Origin: Candidatus Thorarchaeota archaeon | GTDB lineage: Archaea; Asgardarchaeota; Thorarchaeia; Thorarchaeales; Thorarchaeaceae | Length of the DNA stretch: 33,995 nucleotides | Assembly: GCA_016933575.1 (NCBI GenBank) | Contig: JAFGAR010000172.1 | Location: 1-33,995, forward strand | Direction of reading: 5' to 3' | Shown: one piece after another, positions 14,418-24,315 of the stretch | Layout of the letters: every line of letters begins with the position of its first letter | Position numbering within the stretch: position 1 is the first letter of the stretch | Translations under genes and position numbers: made by a program | Notes under the pieces: generated by a model | What the model saw: only the letters and a program-made list of their open reading frames with translations | Told to the model about the DNA's origin: nothing | The model's database searches: none

Positions 14418-17081
14418 TCATTCATCATCGTCATCATGCTGCAATCTTGCACGAATGTGACTCATAGCGGCCTTATACACTTCCTTAGCAATATTTAGTT
14501 CTAATCCGCAGTTAGTGGAGAATCTATCTCTTGCCAGTCCCTTCTTACTCGCATCGATGTCCTTTCGAACAACGTCTGAGATTGATTTGTAGCCATGCTC
14601 ATAGAGCGTTCGTGCATCAGTTCTTGAGAGACGGTTTGAGGGCAAGTCATCTCCCTGTATGAGTAGAAGTTCAAGAAGGTCTGAGTCTGCCACATCTGCA
14701 CGAACACCATATTGAAGTTGTCTACTAAAGACATGTAGTCTATCAGCAATGGCTGGTCTCTTTGTGGTTCTGAAATATGAACTAATGTTGCTAGCAGTAT
14801 TTCCACATATACTAAGAAGCGAATCTAGATCACCCTCATCAAGACTAATTCCTCGTGCCATCTCTCCTGTTTCACTGATTATCTCTGCAACTTCTTGTTC
14901 ATCAAGCCATCTCTTGAGGACCGTTCTCTTAATCTCAAGCCGCTCAGGTACAAGTTTCAGATACCAATCCTCTGGGTCGGGTAGCCCCATTATGTCCAGT
15001 TCATCTTTTGTTGGAACCAATGTTCTGGGTCTTATTGACTGAGGAAGTCGAAATCTGAGTAACAGATCAATGAGGGTATCGTCATCCACGCCAGTTTCAA
15101 GATTATGCAAGAGACTTCTAGTCTGCAAGAAATCGACAGGGTCCAGACCAGAAAGAACCGCACCTTGTGTATCTTTAGTCATATTGAATCCCTTTGAGCT
15201 GGTTTCTAGTAGTTTCTCTCTCTCAAGCCAAGCACACATGGAATCAAAGAATTTACCCGCTTTTGAAGCATAGTCCTGATCAACGGTTCCCTTGTAAGAG
15301 CTTTGTACATGCTCAACAAACTTCTTCTTCAGACCATCGCAATTAACTGGACGCCCTGAAATTAAATCTCTGATGAGAACACTGACAGCAAGACTTGGAT
15401 ACATCTTCCCCGGATTAAGAGCCTCTAGTGGTCTGTGAAGGAGTGTATCCTCCATCTCTTGAGTACCTGGGAAGTTCTGTGTTGGCCCTTCAAATACTAA
15501 GTACACTCTCCCTCCATGTTGCCCAAGGTGGTATTCTCCAATTCGTCCAGCAATCTGAAGATATTTTGACCTTGCTGTGAGAAAATACATGTTCTGGTCA
15601 AGCAGAATTACAACACAGTCAAATGGAAAGCTCATACCTGATGTGATTCCAGTTGTTGAAACCACTGTTCGAACAACTCTATCTCTGATTGCCTTTTCGA
15701 GACGTTCTCGTACGCCACCATCCAACCCTGAGTGATGGAAAGCTGTACCATATTTCAGAGTATTAGCCAATCTCTCACTTAGGGGAAGGCTTTCGCCAAC
15801 TCCAAGAATCTGATCGACCACTTCCTGGTTCAAATCACGTGGGTGGCTTCTGCCGAGTCTCCTAGCAATCCCCTGAGCGCGATACCTTGAACCTACCACA
15901 AAAAGAATCGATTTCTCCTTATAGTTCTCAATGTGATCCATGACTGCATCGAGAAGGTCTTCTTGTTGAGAAACAACTCTCTGCGTTCTATCGCTACTCT
16001 CAATCTCAATACCACCCTCTCTCTTGAATACAATGAATTCATCTGGAGTGAGCCGTACATCTGGTCTGAAGACGTTTGCATCTAACCACTCTGTTATCTT
16101 ATTTGTATCTCCAAATCTGGATGAGAGTGTGATAATCTCTGACTGTTTTTTCAATAGTGTTATCATGCAGTCAAGCTTGGCACTTCTATCTGTACCAAGA
16201 TTCTCAGGTTGCATCTGATATGGTGAATCCAGCTCTGTTAATTCATCCACAATGGCTAACCCTATTTTGCTTGTCCATGTTTTTTTCTGAAGCAAGGCTG
16301 AAGCAAAAGTTTCATACATAGCAACAACGAGATCTGCACTTTCAAGTTCATCATCAGAGGCTGAGGAGAGTCCATCATAACGAATAACAGAATACTCGAG
16401 CTCTTCTAACAGAGTTCCATACTCATCAATGATTTGGCGGTTCAAAGAAGTGTAAGGACTCAGATACAGACATTTAATGTTTCTTTGAAGACGAAGAAGA
16501 ATCACAATCATGGCAAGAAAGGTCTTTCCAGAACCTGGAGGCATCTGTATGACTAGATTGCCTTCAATTTTCCCCATCTCATTAATGAACTTGCTCTGGG
16601 CTGGAAGAAGGCTGGTGAAATTCTTGTGTTTGAGTAGTATCTTTGCGGCTCTCTGTACTTCAGTTCGGTTTCCAATAGGTCCTCCCAGCTGACCGACAGA
16701 GGCTAGTGCTAGTCGTCCCTCATGAGTTATCATAAAGCCCCTCTGTTTTCTGCCCCTATCACCCGAAGAGCTCACAAAGCCTACCTTTACAAGTTTGTTC
16801 ATCGTTTCGTATATTGTTCCGCCAGACATCAATCCTTGGCGCAGTTCTTCGTATCTTACCTCTTCTTGAGAACGTTCACCCTTTGGTCCTGTCTTTGGTT
16901 TGTTTATATTGTCCAGAGATAATAATCCCTCTACAATATTGTCCCAACCAAGTGTTGGTACCATCTCACCAGTCTGAGGGCTCAGAACCTGAAGAATCTC
17001 AATTGCATAGCGGTTGCTTAGTGCCTTGAGTTGGTCGCGTAATCGAGAAAGTATATTGTCCTCTTTGCTGCGCCTAGACAT
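14418..17081 (-). CDS. Ski2/Hel308-like SF2 helicase with N-terminal winged-helix extension and divergent motifs
   Basis: Q motif FTSLLPAQ, Walker A PPGSGKT, motif II DELT, AFHHSGL, motif VI QIAGRIG and Hel308-like QLQYGV. Confidence 0.85.
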   Translation of the reverse strand: MSRRSKEDNILSRLRDQLKALSNRYAIEILQVLSPQTGEMVPTLGWDNIVEGLLSLDNINKPKTGPKGERSQEEVRYEELRQGLMSGGTIYETMNKLVKVGFVSSSGDRGRKQRGFMITHEGRLALASVGQLGGPIGNRTEVQRAAKILLKHKNFTSLLPAQSKFINEMGKIEGNLVIQMPPGSGKTFLAMIVILLRLQRNIKCLYLSPYTSLNRQIIDEYGTLLEELEYSVIRYDGLSSASDDELESADLVVAMYETFASALLQKKTWTSKIGLAIVDELTELDSPYQMQPENLGTDRSAKLDCMITLLKKQSEIITLSSRFGDTNKITEWLDANVFRPDVRLTPDEFIVFKREGGIEIESSDRTQRVVSQQEDLLDAVMDHIENYKEKSILFVVGSRYRAQGIARRLGRSHPRDLNQEVVDQILGVGESLPLSERLANTLKYGTAFHHSGLDGGVRERLEKAIRDRVVRTVVSTTGITSGMSFPFDCVVILLDQNMYFLTARSKYLQIAGRIGEYHLGQHGGRVYLVFEGPTQNFPGTQEMEDTLLHRPLEALNPGKMYPSLAVSVLIRDLISGRPVNCDGLKKKFVEHVQSSYKGTVDQDYASKAGKFFDSMCAWLEREKLLETSSKGFNMTKDTQGAVLSGLDPVDFLQTRSLLHNLETGVDDDTLIDLLLRFRLPQSIRPRTLVPTKDELDIMGLPDPEDWYLKLVPERLEIKRTVLKRWLDEQEVAEIISETGEMARGISLDEGDLDSLLSICGNTASNISSYFRTTKRPAIADRLHVFSRQLQYGVRADVADSDLLELLLIQGDDLPSNRLSRTDARTLYEHGYKSISDVVRKDIDASKKGLARDRFSTNCGLELNIAKEVYKAAMSHIRARLQHDDDDE

Positions 17082-17204
17082 TATTATCAATTCACTTTAT
17101 ACTGTATTTGTGATAAGGATTCGCCCCGCTCGCGAGTCTTATAATACTCGGTCTTTTCTTCATAAATTCAATAGACTCTTCCATAATACTGAGGTGACAA
17201 ATCA

Positions 17205-17606
17205 GTGAGGTCTCTTTTCAGACGCAAACAGAGTGACAAGTCTTCTGATGAACAAAACATAGGTCGAACTATTCCAAGCTTGGGTGTATTCTCCCCGGTC
17301 GTTGAAGAGACACAACCAAATCCCCATCAGGAACTCAGAAAATTGAGTGAATTAGAAGCAATCTTTGTACGTTCAAAGAAGGTAGAATCACTTGCAGATG
17401 TTCCCTATGTTGTTGACGAGATAAAAGAGGGAAACATAGTGCTCCTTGACATATCCTGTCTTAATGATGGAAGTGAACAGACGCATATCGAGCTGCGTAG
17501 AATTATCGAACGAATAAAAGGTGCTACTAAGAGCTATCATTCCGATATTGCACTAGTCAATGATGATTGTATGATTGTCACTCCTGCCTTTGTCCGATTG
17601 CAGTAA
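17205..17606 (+). CDS. sepF: cell division protein SepF (DUF552)
   Basis: DEIKEGNIVLLDIS...LRRIIERIKG....SDIALVNDDCMIVTP archaeal SepF pattern; GTG start after GAGGTGA. Confidence 0.82.
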   Translation: MRSLFRRKQSDKSSDEQNIGRTIPSLGVFSPVVEETQPNPHQELRKLSELEAIFVRSKKVESLADVPYVVDEIKEGNIVLLDISCLNDGSEQTHIELRRIIERIKGATKSYHSDIALVNDDCMIVTPAFVRLQ

Positions 17607-17610
17607 TAAC

Positions 17611-19524
17611 TTATCTCAATTTAATGTTCTCAGTCACCATTGGGGCTCTTGTTTCAATATTCAGTGCTTTATGAATCGTAGATGCTAATCCTAGAGTCTT
17701 TGACGCCTCACCGTGGGCAACAAGAATTCTCTCTGGAATAGGACTCACTCGTTTGACAAAATTAAGAATCTGCTTTCTGTCAGAGTGCCCTGAGAATCCC
17801 TCCACTGTTGATACCTCAAGATTGACTGGCACAACAGTGACCTGTCCCTCACGGTTCCTCATATTAGCCTCTTTCCATCCCTTTTGGATACGTCGCCCCA
17901 TAGTGTTCTCTCCCTGATAGCTGACAAAGACGAGTAAATTCTTCTCATCAGGAGCCAGTAATCGGAAGTAATCAACACTTGGACCACCTGCAAGCATTCC
18001 TGATGTTGCCATGATGATACATGGTTCACCCTCTGCAATCTCCTCGCGTTGTTCTGGATTATCAACTTGCACGAATATCTCTGATAGGAATGGATTAACA
18101 CCCTGATGGAAGATCATCTCACGTATCTTCTTACTGAGCGCTTCTGGATGTGTTGTATGGATTGCAGTAGCCTGCGCAATCATTCCCTCAATGTACACAG
18201 GCACCTTAGGAATACGTCCCTTCGAGACCAAGTCTTCAATGACAAGAATGATCTCCTGAGCACGACCCACAGCTAGCACTGGGATTAAGACCTTTCCACC
18301 CCGCTCAAGTGCTCTCTTGATTACAGTCGCGAACTTCCTCTCAACCTCCTGTCTTGGAGGCATCTTGTCTGTTGGGTGCCCGTAGGTACTCTCAATAATC
18401 AGTGTTTCAAGTCGTGGAAAGGTGAACGTAGCAGGTTCCAACAATCTGGTTCTTCCAAACTTGAAGTCGCCGGTGTATGCCATATTGTATTGACCATCAC
18501 CAATGTGAAAGTGAACAATCGCTGAACCAAGAATATGTCCTGCATTGTGCATTGTGAGTCGCACATCTGGGGCAATGTCTGTGACTTCTCCATAGTTTAA
18601 TGGGATTGTATGAAGAATTGATTCTTTTACATCCCGGTCGCGATACGGCCGAAGCTTTCCTTCTCGCTCTGCCACATCAAGATAGTCAAGCTGCAACAAT
18701 GTGGCGAGATTTAGGGTTGGAGCTGTCATATAGACTGGTCCACGATATCCATACTTGAACAAGAAGGGAACCATTCCTGAGTGGTCTAGATGTGCGTGTG
18801 TGATAACAACTGCATCGAGTTTGTCAATATCAATCTCAGGCATGTCCAATCTCGGAAAAGCCTTACTTGGTGCTCCAACATTTACTCCACAATCAATAAT
18901 CACACTACTATCAGAAGTCTGGAGAAACATGCAAGACCTGCCTACTTCTCTGAATCCACCAAGTGCAGTAAGTCTGATCCATCCATTATTAAAGAGGTTT
19001 GGTCTATGGATTCGTCTTCCAATCTCACGAAATGACTTGTTTCTTGTTGCTGCTTCGGACTGTATTATGTAACGTATCTGTTTGATAAGCTTGCTCTCAA
19101 TAGGTGGAGTTCGCATCACATTAGGCCTCCAGAAGGTCTGACGAGTGATCTCTCGAAGGGTGTTTCCACTTCGACCAATCACCAGACCAGGTTTTTGTGC
19201 CTCGATTATTACTTCACCCCTTGAGATATCAAAATCAATTGAGGTGATCTCAGCCTCTTCTGGTACAAGCTCACGAACTGCCTTTTCGGTTTCTTCGTGA
19301 GTAAGTCTTACTTCGGGTGACGACCTTACTACAATACGTTTTCTCATCTTGCGGGCTAAGGCCTTGATGCTGTCACCATCATCCAGCAGTATCTTCGGTG
19401 CCTTTGAATAGATAGCTATCTCAGGTCCCTCATACTCGACGGAGCTGACTGCTGCTGATCTAGGAAGTGCTTTCTTAACTTCCTCTCTAATGTCTACATA
19501 CTCTTGTTCATCATTGGACTGCAT
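17611..19524 (-). CDS. fttA: beta-CASP ribonuclease aCPSF1 / transcription termination factor FttA
   Basis: N-terminal KH domains (EYEGPEI, KPGLVIGRSG), LGGFREVGRS, THAHLDH, AGHILGS, ESTYG, FSGHSD and HGE; 637 aa; adjacent to psmB. Confidence 0.97.
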   Translation of the reverse strand: MQSNDEQEYVDIREEVKKALPRSAAVSSVEYEGPEIAIYSKAPKILLDDGDSIKALARKMRKRIVVRSSPEVRLTHEETEKAVRELVPEEAEITSIDFDISRGEVIIEAQKPGLVIGRSGNTLREITRQTFWRPNVMRTPPIESKLIKQIRYIIQSEAATRNKSFREIGRRIHRPNLFNNGWIRLTALGGFREVGRSCMFLQTSDSSVIIDCGVNVGAPSKAFPRLDMPEIDIDKLDAVVITHAHLDHSGMVPFLFKYGYRGPVYMTAPTLNLATLLQLDYLDVAEREGKLRPYRDRDVKESILHTIPLNYGEVTDIAPDVRLTMHNAGHILGSAIVHFHIGDGQYNMAYTGDFKFGRTRLLEPATFTFPRLETLIIESTYGHPTDKMPPRQEVERKFATVIKRALERGGKVLIPVLAVGRAQEIILVIEDLVSKGRIPKVPVYIEGMIAQATAIHTTHPEALSKKIREMIFHQGVNPFLSEIFVQVDNPEQREEIAEGEPCIIMATSGMLAGGPSVDYFRLLAPDEKNLLVFVSYQGENTMGRRIQKGWKEANMRNREGQVTVVPVNLEVSTVEGFSGHSDRKQILNFVKRVSPIPERILVAHGEASKTLGLASTIHKALNIETRAPMVTENIKLR

Positions 19525-19647
19525 GGATAGTCACATCACAAATTTTGGCCTGTATATGCCCTACGCGGCCTATTGGGGTGCCTTAACACACTCATGTGTC
19601 AGGCGATTTGTAGCACAATTAATGAGCTACGAGTGCAACAAATACAA

Positions 19648-20289
19648 TCACTGTTCTCCTTTCCAGATCTTCATGATGGTGTCCTTTGGGACTTCTTGAT
19701 AACCATCCTTGTCGATTACGCTGACTAAAATCGAGTTACCACTTGCGGCATCTCTCTCTATAGCTGCGGCAACTGCACGAACAGCCAGTTCTATTGCCTT
19801 CTTCTTAGGAAGATCATCCTTGTACTCTGCTTCCAGAACACCTAGGGCGAATGGTGAGCCAGAGCCATTGGCAACATACTTGTCAGGGATGACTGAGCCT
19901 ACATAATCGGTATAGAACACCTGAGGTCCTTCGTCATCAAAACCGCCAACGAGGCTTCCCAACATGTATAACCCACGACCTTGAAACATGATATTGCTAA
20001 GCAGACGAGTCAGTGCCTTAACACGAATCGGTCTCCCTCTTTGAATTTCAAAGAGCTTAGCTTCAGCGATTAACAGGTCCATGATTGATTGTGCATCTGC
20101 GACGGATCCAGCAATTGTAGCACCTATTCGGTCTGTGATCTTGTAGATTTTCTTTGCAGTCTTATTTGCAATTAGAAAACCTATGGTAGCTCGCTGATCA
20201 CTAGCTAGAACCACACAGTCTTTACCAATCATACCTATTGTTGTTGTACCAGTTTTCAATTCTGCCGGAGGTTGTATCTCTGGTTCCAT
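19648..20289 (-). CDS. psmB: 20S proteasome beta subunit
   Basis: Short propeptide ending KTG followed by TTT, ASDQRAT, AGSVADAQ, GSGS and ERDAASG. Confidence 0.96.
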   Translation of the reverse strand: MEPEIQPPAELKTGTTTIGMIGKDCVVLASDQRATIGFLIANKTAKKIYKITDRIGATIAGSVADAQSIMDLLIAEAKLFEIQRGRPIRVKALTRLLSNIMFQGRGLYMLGSLVGGFDDEGPQVFYTDYVGSVIPDKYVANGSGSPFALGVLEAEYKDDLPKKKAIELAVRAVAAAIERDAASGNSILVSVIDKDGYQEVPKDTIMKIWKGEQ

Positions 20290-20417
20290 GTTAATTAACT
20301 CCCTCTAGGAGATGAGTTTTAGAGAACAAGTGACAGGCCCCCCTTCTGAAGAGCGTTATTAAGGTTTTCTCAGTGAACATCTTTTGTTCGAAACAAGGGA
20401 TTCCAGTCGACTTCGTA

Positions 20418-21260
20418 TTATGTGACGTTATCTTTGGGTGGTTCAGGTCGTTTGAACGTTGTAACGATCTTTACTTCATCGATACCATCGTCTGCCTTGA
20501 GAATGTCTGCTGCAATGCCAATCTCTCCATATTGAATGTTCTCAATATATCGTGTTTCCTGAGGTAATTCGACCGTTACTGTGTTCTTCTTCACAATAAC
20601 ATCATACCTGTCTTCAGGAATTCCAGGTATTCTACGTCGAAGCACAGCCTTTAACTTCTCAACCTTATCTAAAACAATCTCTTTGATTGTGACATCATAG
20701 ACAAGCGTTTTTCCTGCAAATGGACTATTGAAGTCAACTCTCACACTTCTACCTAAGTCCGCGGTGACGATTCCTCGTTCATTCCCAAACTTGACCTCTT
20801 CACCCTTATACCCTCGGATGCCATGCTTAGCAAGTTTGACCTTGGGTATCTTCTTAATTTTGCTAGGGTCTCTGAGACCAGCTCCTTTCTCAGGAGGCAC
20901 TTCTATTGTCTTAGATTCTCCTATCTTCATACCAACGAGTTGTTCTTCCACTGCCCCAAGAAGCCAGTTCCATCCAACTACGACCAGAGCTGGTTCATAG
21001 CGGTCATTCTCTTTGAAGAGACCTTCCTCTTTGGCTACATCCAAGAGTGTTGTATCATAGACAATATTGTCATCTTTTGTTCTGGCCACGAAGTCGAGAT
21101 AGACCATACTCTTATCCTGAACTGCTGTTTCTACCTTGGTTGGAGTAGTCTTAGAAGCACTTGTTCCAGACTTTTTAGCTGGAGTCTTCTTTGTTGTCTT
21201 CTTCTCAGCAGTCTTTGCCGTTGTCTTGGCTGATTTCTTTGTTGTCTTCTTCTCGGCCAT
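20418..21260 (-). CDS. slyD: long-type archaeal FKBP peptidyl-prolyl isomerase (SlyD-like) with Lys/Thr-rich N-tail
   Basis: YDTT, YEP, GMKIGESKTIEVPPEKG and VRVDFNSPFAGKTL, plus an FKBP26-like C-terminal domain. Confidence 0.9.
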   Translation of the reverse strand: MAEKKTTKKSAKTTAKTAEKKTTKKTPAKKSGTSASKTTPTKVETAVQDKSMVYLDFVARTKDDNIVYDTTLLDVAKEEGLFKENDRYEPALVVVGWNWLLGAVEEQLVGMKIGESKTIEVPPEKGAGLRDPSKIKKIPKVKLAKHGIRGYKGEEVKFGNERGIVTADLGRSVRVDFNSPFAGKTLVYDVTIKEIVLDKVEKLKAVLRRRIPGIPEDRYDVIVKKNTVTVELPQETRYIENIQYGEIGIAADILKADDGIDEVKIVTTFKRPEPPKDNVT

Positions 21261-21313
21261 AAGTAGTTCCCTCTTGCGACTCCGAGTTGCCTCCCAAAAC
21301 TTGCTCGGGAGTG

Positions 21314-21955
21314 TTATAAAACGGTTTCCTTGTGTCCTTCTTTGAGAATTCCTTGTAAGACCTGTATTTTTTCAAAGAAAAGGGTCATTTCTGAAACACG
21401 CTCAACTAGGAATCCACAATCTACAAGTGTTTCTCTCACTGCTTCTATGTTGGATAGGGTTGAGGCAACTAGATAGACTCTCCCGCCTTTTTCCAGATGC
21501 TGTGCAGACTCTCTCACAAAACGTTGTGTGATCTCATAGCCTTGCTCTCCACCTACCAATGCTTGGTCCATATCGGTTGATTCCTCGTCCGAAGGCAAAT
21601 ATGGTGGGTTGAAGAAGATCAATGAGAACTTTGTTTCTAATCCCACAGCACTCAGCAAATCTGATTGATAGACTGCAGCTAAGTGGTCCAAATTATTCCT
21701 ACGAAGATTCTCCATTGTATTTTGAGTAGCTATGTAAGAGATGTCAATACTTACAACGCGCCTTGCCTGCTTTGCGGCTAATAGCGTCATGAGTCCAGTC
21801 CCACAACCCACATCTAGCACAGTATCAGTTGGGTCTATTCTAATCGTATCCACTAAGAGATAGGTATCCTCCGTGGGTGGATACACTCCCTCAAAGACGA
21901 CAATGTCAAAAGGTTCCTTCAACTCATGACCCTCTCGCTTTAGGTAGCTTACCAT
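21314..21955 (-). CDS. HemK2/MTQ2-family protein methyltransferase
   Basis: VYPPTEDTYLL, VLDVGCGTG, FNPPYLP and FFEKI. Confidence 0.92.
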   Translation of the reverse strand: MVSYLKREGHELKEPFDIVVFEGVYPPTEDTYLLVDTIRIDPTDTVLDVGCGTGLMTLLAAKQARRVVSIDISYIATQNTMENLRRNNLDHLAAVYQSDLLSAVGLETKFSLIFFNPPYLPSDEESTDMDQALVGGEQGYEITQRFVRESAQHLEKGGRVYLVASTLSNIEAVRETLVDCGFLVERVSEMTLFFEKIQVLQGILKEGHKETVL

Positions 21956-22808
21956 CTCTCACAAACTCAAATATTGTATCGGCAAGGACGACAAGACTCT
22001 CAATGCTGATACCTCTGAGATGTTCATCTCCTGTTAGGCCTGCCTCGGATTGTTCAATAACTTCCTCAGCCAAGTTCCTTTCCACTCCTAATGTCTTGAA
22101 CCATATCCTCAGTGCATTACGGAGGCTTTTCTTAGGGTATGAGTATATTCCATTAATCATCCATTGGAAAATCTCAATATCACGAGCTTGAGGATCATGA
22201 GGTCTTCGGCGTATTCTGACAACAATAGAATCCACCACAGGTTGTGGATAGAACATCCGTGAAGGAATCTCCATGATAGGTTCTGCTTCAGCAAGATATT
22301 GGAAGTTTATTGTCAGTCTTGAGTAATCCTCACTTCCCGGTCTGGCACCGAGTCGATTCGCAAACTCCTTCTGATACATGAGTATTGCCCAGTCAAAGTT
22401 GACATCACGCAACAATCTGAAAGTTATCTCTGAAGAGATACTATAGGGCAAATTTGAGACCACCTTGGTTACCTGTGGAAGTCCTATTGTAAGAGCATCT
22501 CCTTTGATTATTGTTACGTTCTTGGTTTCCCTGAAGAGATCAGTCAGTGCATCAACGAGACATGCTTCTATCTCAATAACATAGACATGACCTGCCTCTT
22601 CAGCAAGCCATTTTGTTAAGACCCCGAGACCGCCCCCAATCTCTAAAACAGTATCATCTGTAGTGATCTCAGCAGCCCTTACTATCTCTTGTGCAATATT
22701 CTGGTCCTTAAGGAAACTCTGTCCACGTTTCTTCTTCGGTTGAACTCCGTACTTTCTGAGTAACGTGCTAATTTCAATATCCGACAGAGAGTTCACCAAC
22801 ATACTCAT
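21924..22808 (-). CDS. rsmA: 16S rRNA adenine dimethyltransferase KsgA/Dim1
   Basis: KKRGQSFL, VLEIGGGLG, SNLPYSISS, MYQKEFA, YSRL and FYPQPVVDS; start placed at 22808. Confidence 0.95.
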   Translation of the reverse strand: MSMLVNSLSDIEISTLLRKYGVQPKKKRGQSFLKDQNIAQEIVRAAEITTDDTVLEIGGGLGVLTKWLAEEAGHVYVIEIEACLVDALTDLFRETKNVTIIKGDALTIGLPQVTKVVSNLPYSISSEITFRLLRDVNFDWAILMYQKEFANRLGARPGSEDYSRLTINFQYLAEAEPIMEIPSRMFYPQPVVDSIVVRIRRRPHDPQARDIEIFQWMINGIYSYPKKSLRNALRIWFKTLGVERNLAEEVIEQSEAGLTGDEHLRGISIESLVVLADTIFEFVRDGKLPKARGS

Positions 22809-22812
22809 ACTT

Positions 22813-23421
22813 CTATCTTCGTGGAGGTGAATAATCTCGTTCCTCTTCATCTCGTTTGGGTGGTCGTACAAACAACCACCGTTTCACATCTTCACGAATC
22901 TCATCGATGATTCTGGCAGTTATGACCTTCTTTGGATTTTGAAGCTTGGTCCTGTTCGCAATATCATCAAAGTTCTTGAAGGGCTCTTTTTTCCGTTCTT
23001 CAAGAATTGCCCACATTAGAGTCTGACCAATACCCGGGAGGAGCTGCAGTGAGTGTTTTCTTGTCGTTAAAGGTGCAGCTTCATTGAAGAATTGGACATA
23101 CTTGTGCTCATGTTTTGTGACGATCATCTCGACAACAAGAGGAAGTTCTGTTACACTCTCCGGGACAAGATCCTCAAAGAAGATTCTTCGTTTCACATGA
23201 TCTATCTTACTCTGAGTATTGCGCTGGATTGAAACGCGCTCTTGTGGATGTAACTTCATACCTCTTTGAGGTATCATCTCTAGGAGAGTAAAATGCGATT
23301 CCCCTACACCCTGTGCTAGAGTTTCATCCCGTGGTCTAGAATTACGAAGATATTCTTTTGGAGGTACAACTGACAGAATATAGGCATGTGTTTCAAACAT
23401 TCTGTTTTGTTGTCCTTCCAT
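22813..23421 (-). CDS. DUF655 family putative nucleic-acid-binding protein
   Basis: QGVGESHFTLLE, FFNEAAPLTTRKHSLQLLPGIG and EERKKEPF; canonical position between rpo4 and ksgA. Confidence 0.92.
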   Translation of the reverse strand: MEGQQNRMFETHAYILSVVPPKEYLRNSRPRDETLAQGVGESHFTLLEMIPQRGMKLHPQERVSIQRNTQSKIDHVKRRIFFEDLVPESVTELPLVVEMIVTKHEHKYVQFFNEAAPLTTRKHSLQLLPGIGQTLMWAILEERKKEPFKNFDDIANRTKLQNPKKVITARIIDEIREDVKRWLFVRPPKRDEEERDYSPPRR

Positions 23422-23543
23422 TTTTCCTCACTTCCGACGATGCAAGAGCACATTGTAGTATTGATTGACAAGTACGGATAAAAACTAATCGGACTCTGAA
23501 TTCGTTCTATTGCGTTCTGCGCCTTTCTTAGAAGATAATTTGA

Positions 23544-23879
23544 CTATGATCGATTCTTGACGATTAGATCTACAATCTCGATTAGTTTTTCATCAGTAAG
23601 ACTTGATGATCGAGTATCTAAAATCGATTTCAGTTCTTCTATTGTTGTTGGAGCAATATTCACTATCTGAACTGCTTGAGCCCTCGATATCTCATAGCCG
23701 CTGATTAATTTATCAACAACCTTTACTGAAACAGCAGGGGCCATTCTAGAGAAAGAAGTAGCATGTTCGAGGGTTATTGACTGCTGGAATGACAGTTCTC
23801 CTTCTTTTCCCCTCTGTGTCAATAGTTTTTTGACCTGTGGAAGGGTGATTTCCTCTTCGCTAATTATCTCCTTAGGCAT
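23544..23879 (-). CDS. rpo4: DNA-directed RNA polymerase subunit Rpo4 (F)
   Basis: EEITLPQVKKLL..ELSFQQSITLEHA...AVQIVNIAPTTIEELKSIL; downstream of rpl21e; ATG at 23879. Confidence 0.9.
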   Translation of the reverse strand: MPKEIISEEEITLPQVKKLLTQRGKEGELSFQQSITLEHATSFSRMAPAVSVKVVDKLISGYEISRAQAVQIVNIAPTTIEELKSILDTRSSSLTDEKLIEIVDLIVKNRS

Positions 23880-23889
23880 AATACACCAC

Positions 23890-24186
23890 TCAACCTCTAC
23901 TTGGCCGGAGATGCTCACGTCTAACGATAAGGGTTCTTGTAGCTTTGTCTAGGCCGACATCCACAATAATTGCTCGTCCACGTAATCCTTTGACTACTCC
24001 AGTTTTTCCATGATATCGTTTATGTGGCATTCCTTTATGGAATCCAGAATCAATCACAATATCCACACTCTGGCCTATATCATAGTCAACAAGTACATTG
24101 CTGGGAGAGTTCAACCCCTTTTCACGAACCCTCTTGCTCATCAGCCCACGTGTGCGGGCTCGGTATCCATGACTCTTCTTGACCAT
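23890..24186 (-). CDS. rpl21e: 50S ribosomal protein eL21
   Basis: SHGYRARTR, HKGMPHKRYHGKTG and REHLRP. Confidence 0.97.
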   Translation of the reverse strand: MVKKSHGYRARTRGLMSKRVREKGLNSPSNVLVDYDIGQSVDIVIDSGFHKGMPHKRYHGKTGVVKGLRGRAIIVDVGLDKATRTLIVRREHLRPSRG

Positions 24187-24315
24187 AAGACATCACTACA
24201 TATTTTTCTCTCTTAGTGCTCTGCCTAGACTAAACAGCACCTGAGGTCCAGCATGACCTCTTGGGTCACCACTTAAGGATTTCGCAACAGTCACAATTAA
24301 TATCAATCATCAGAC

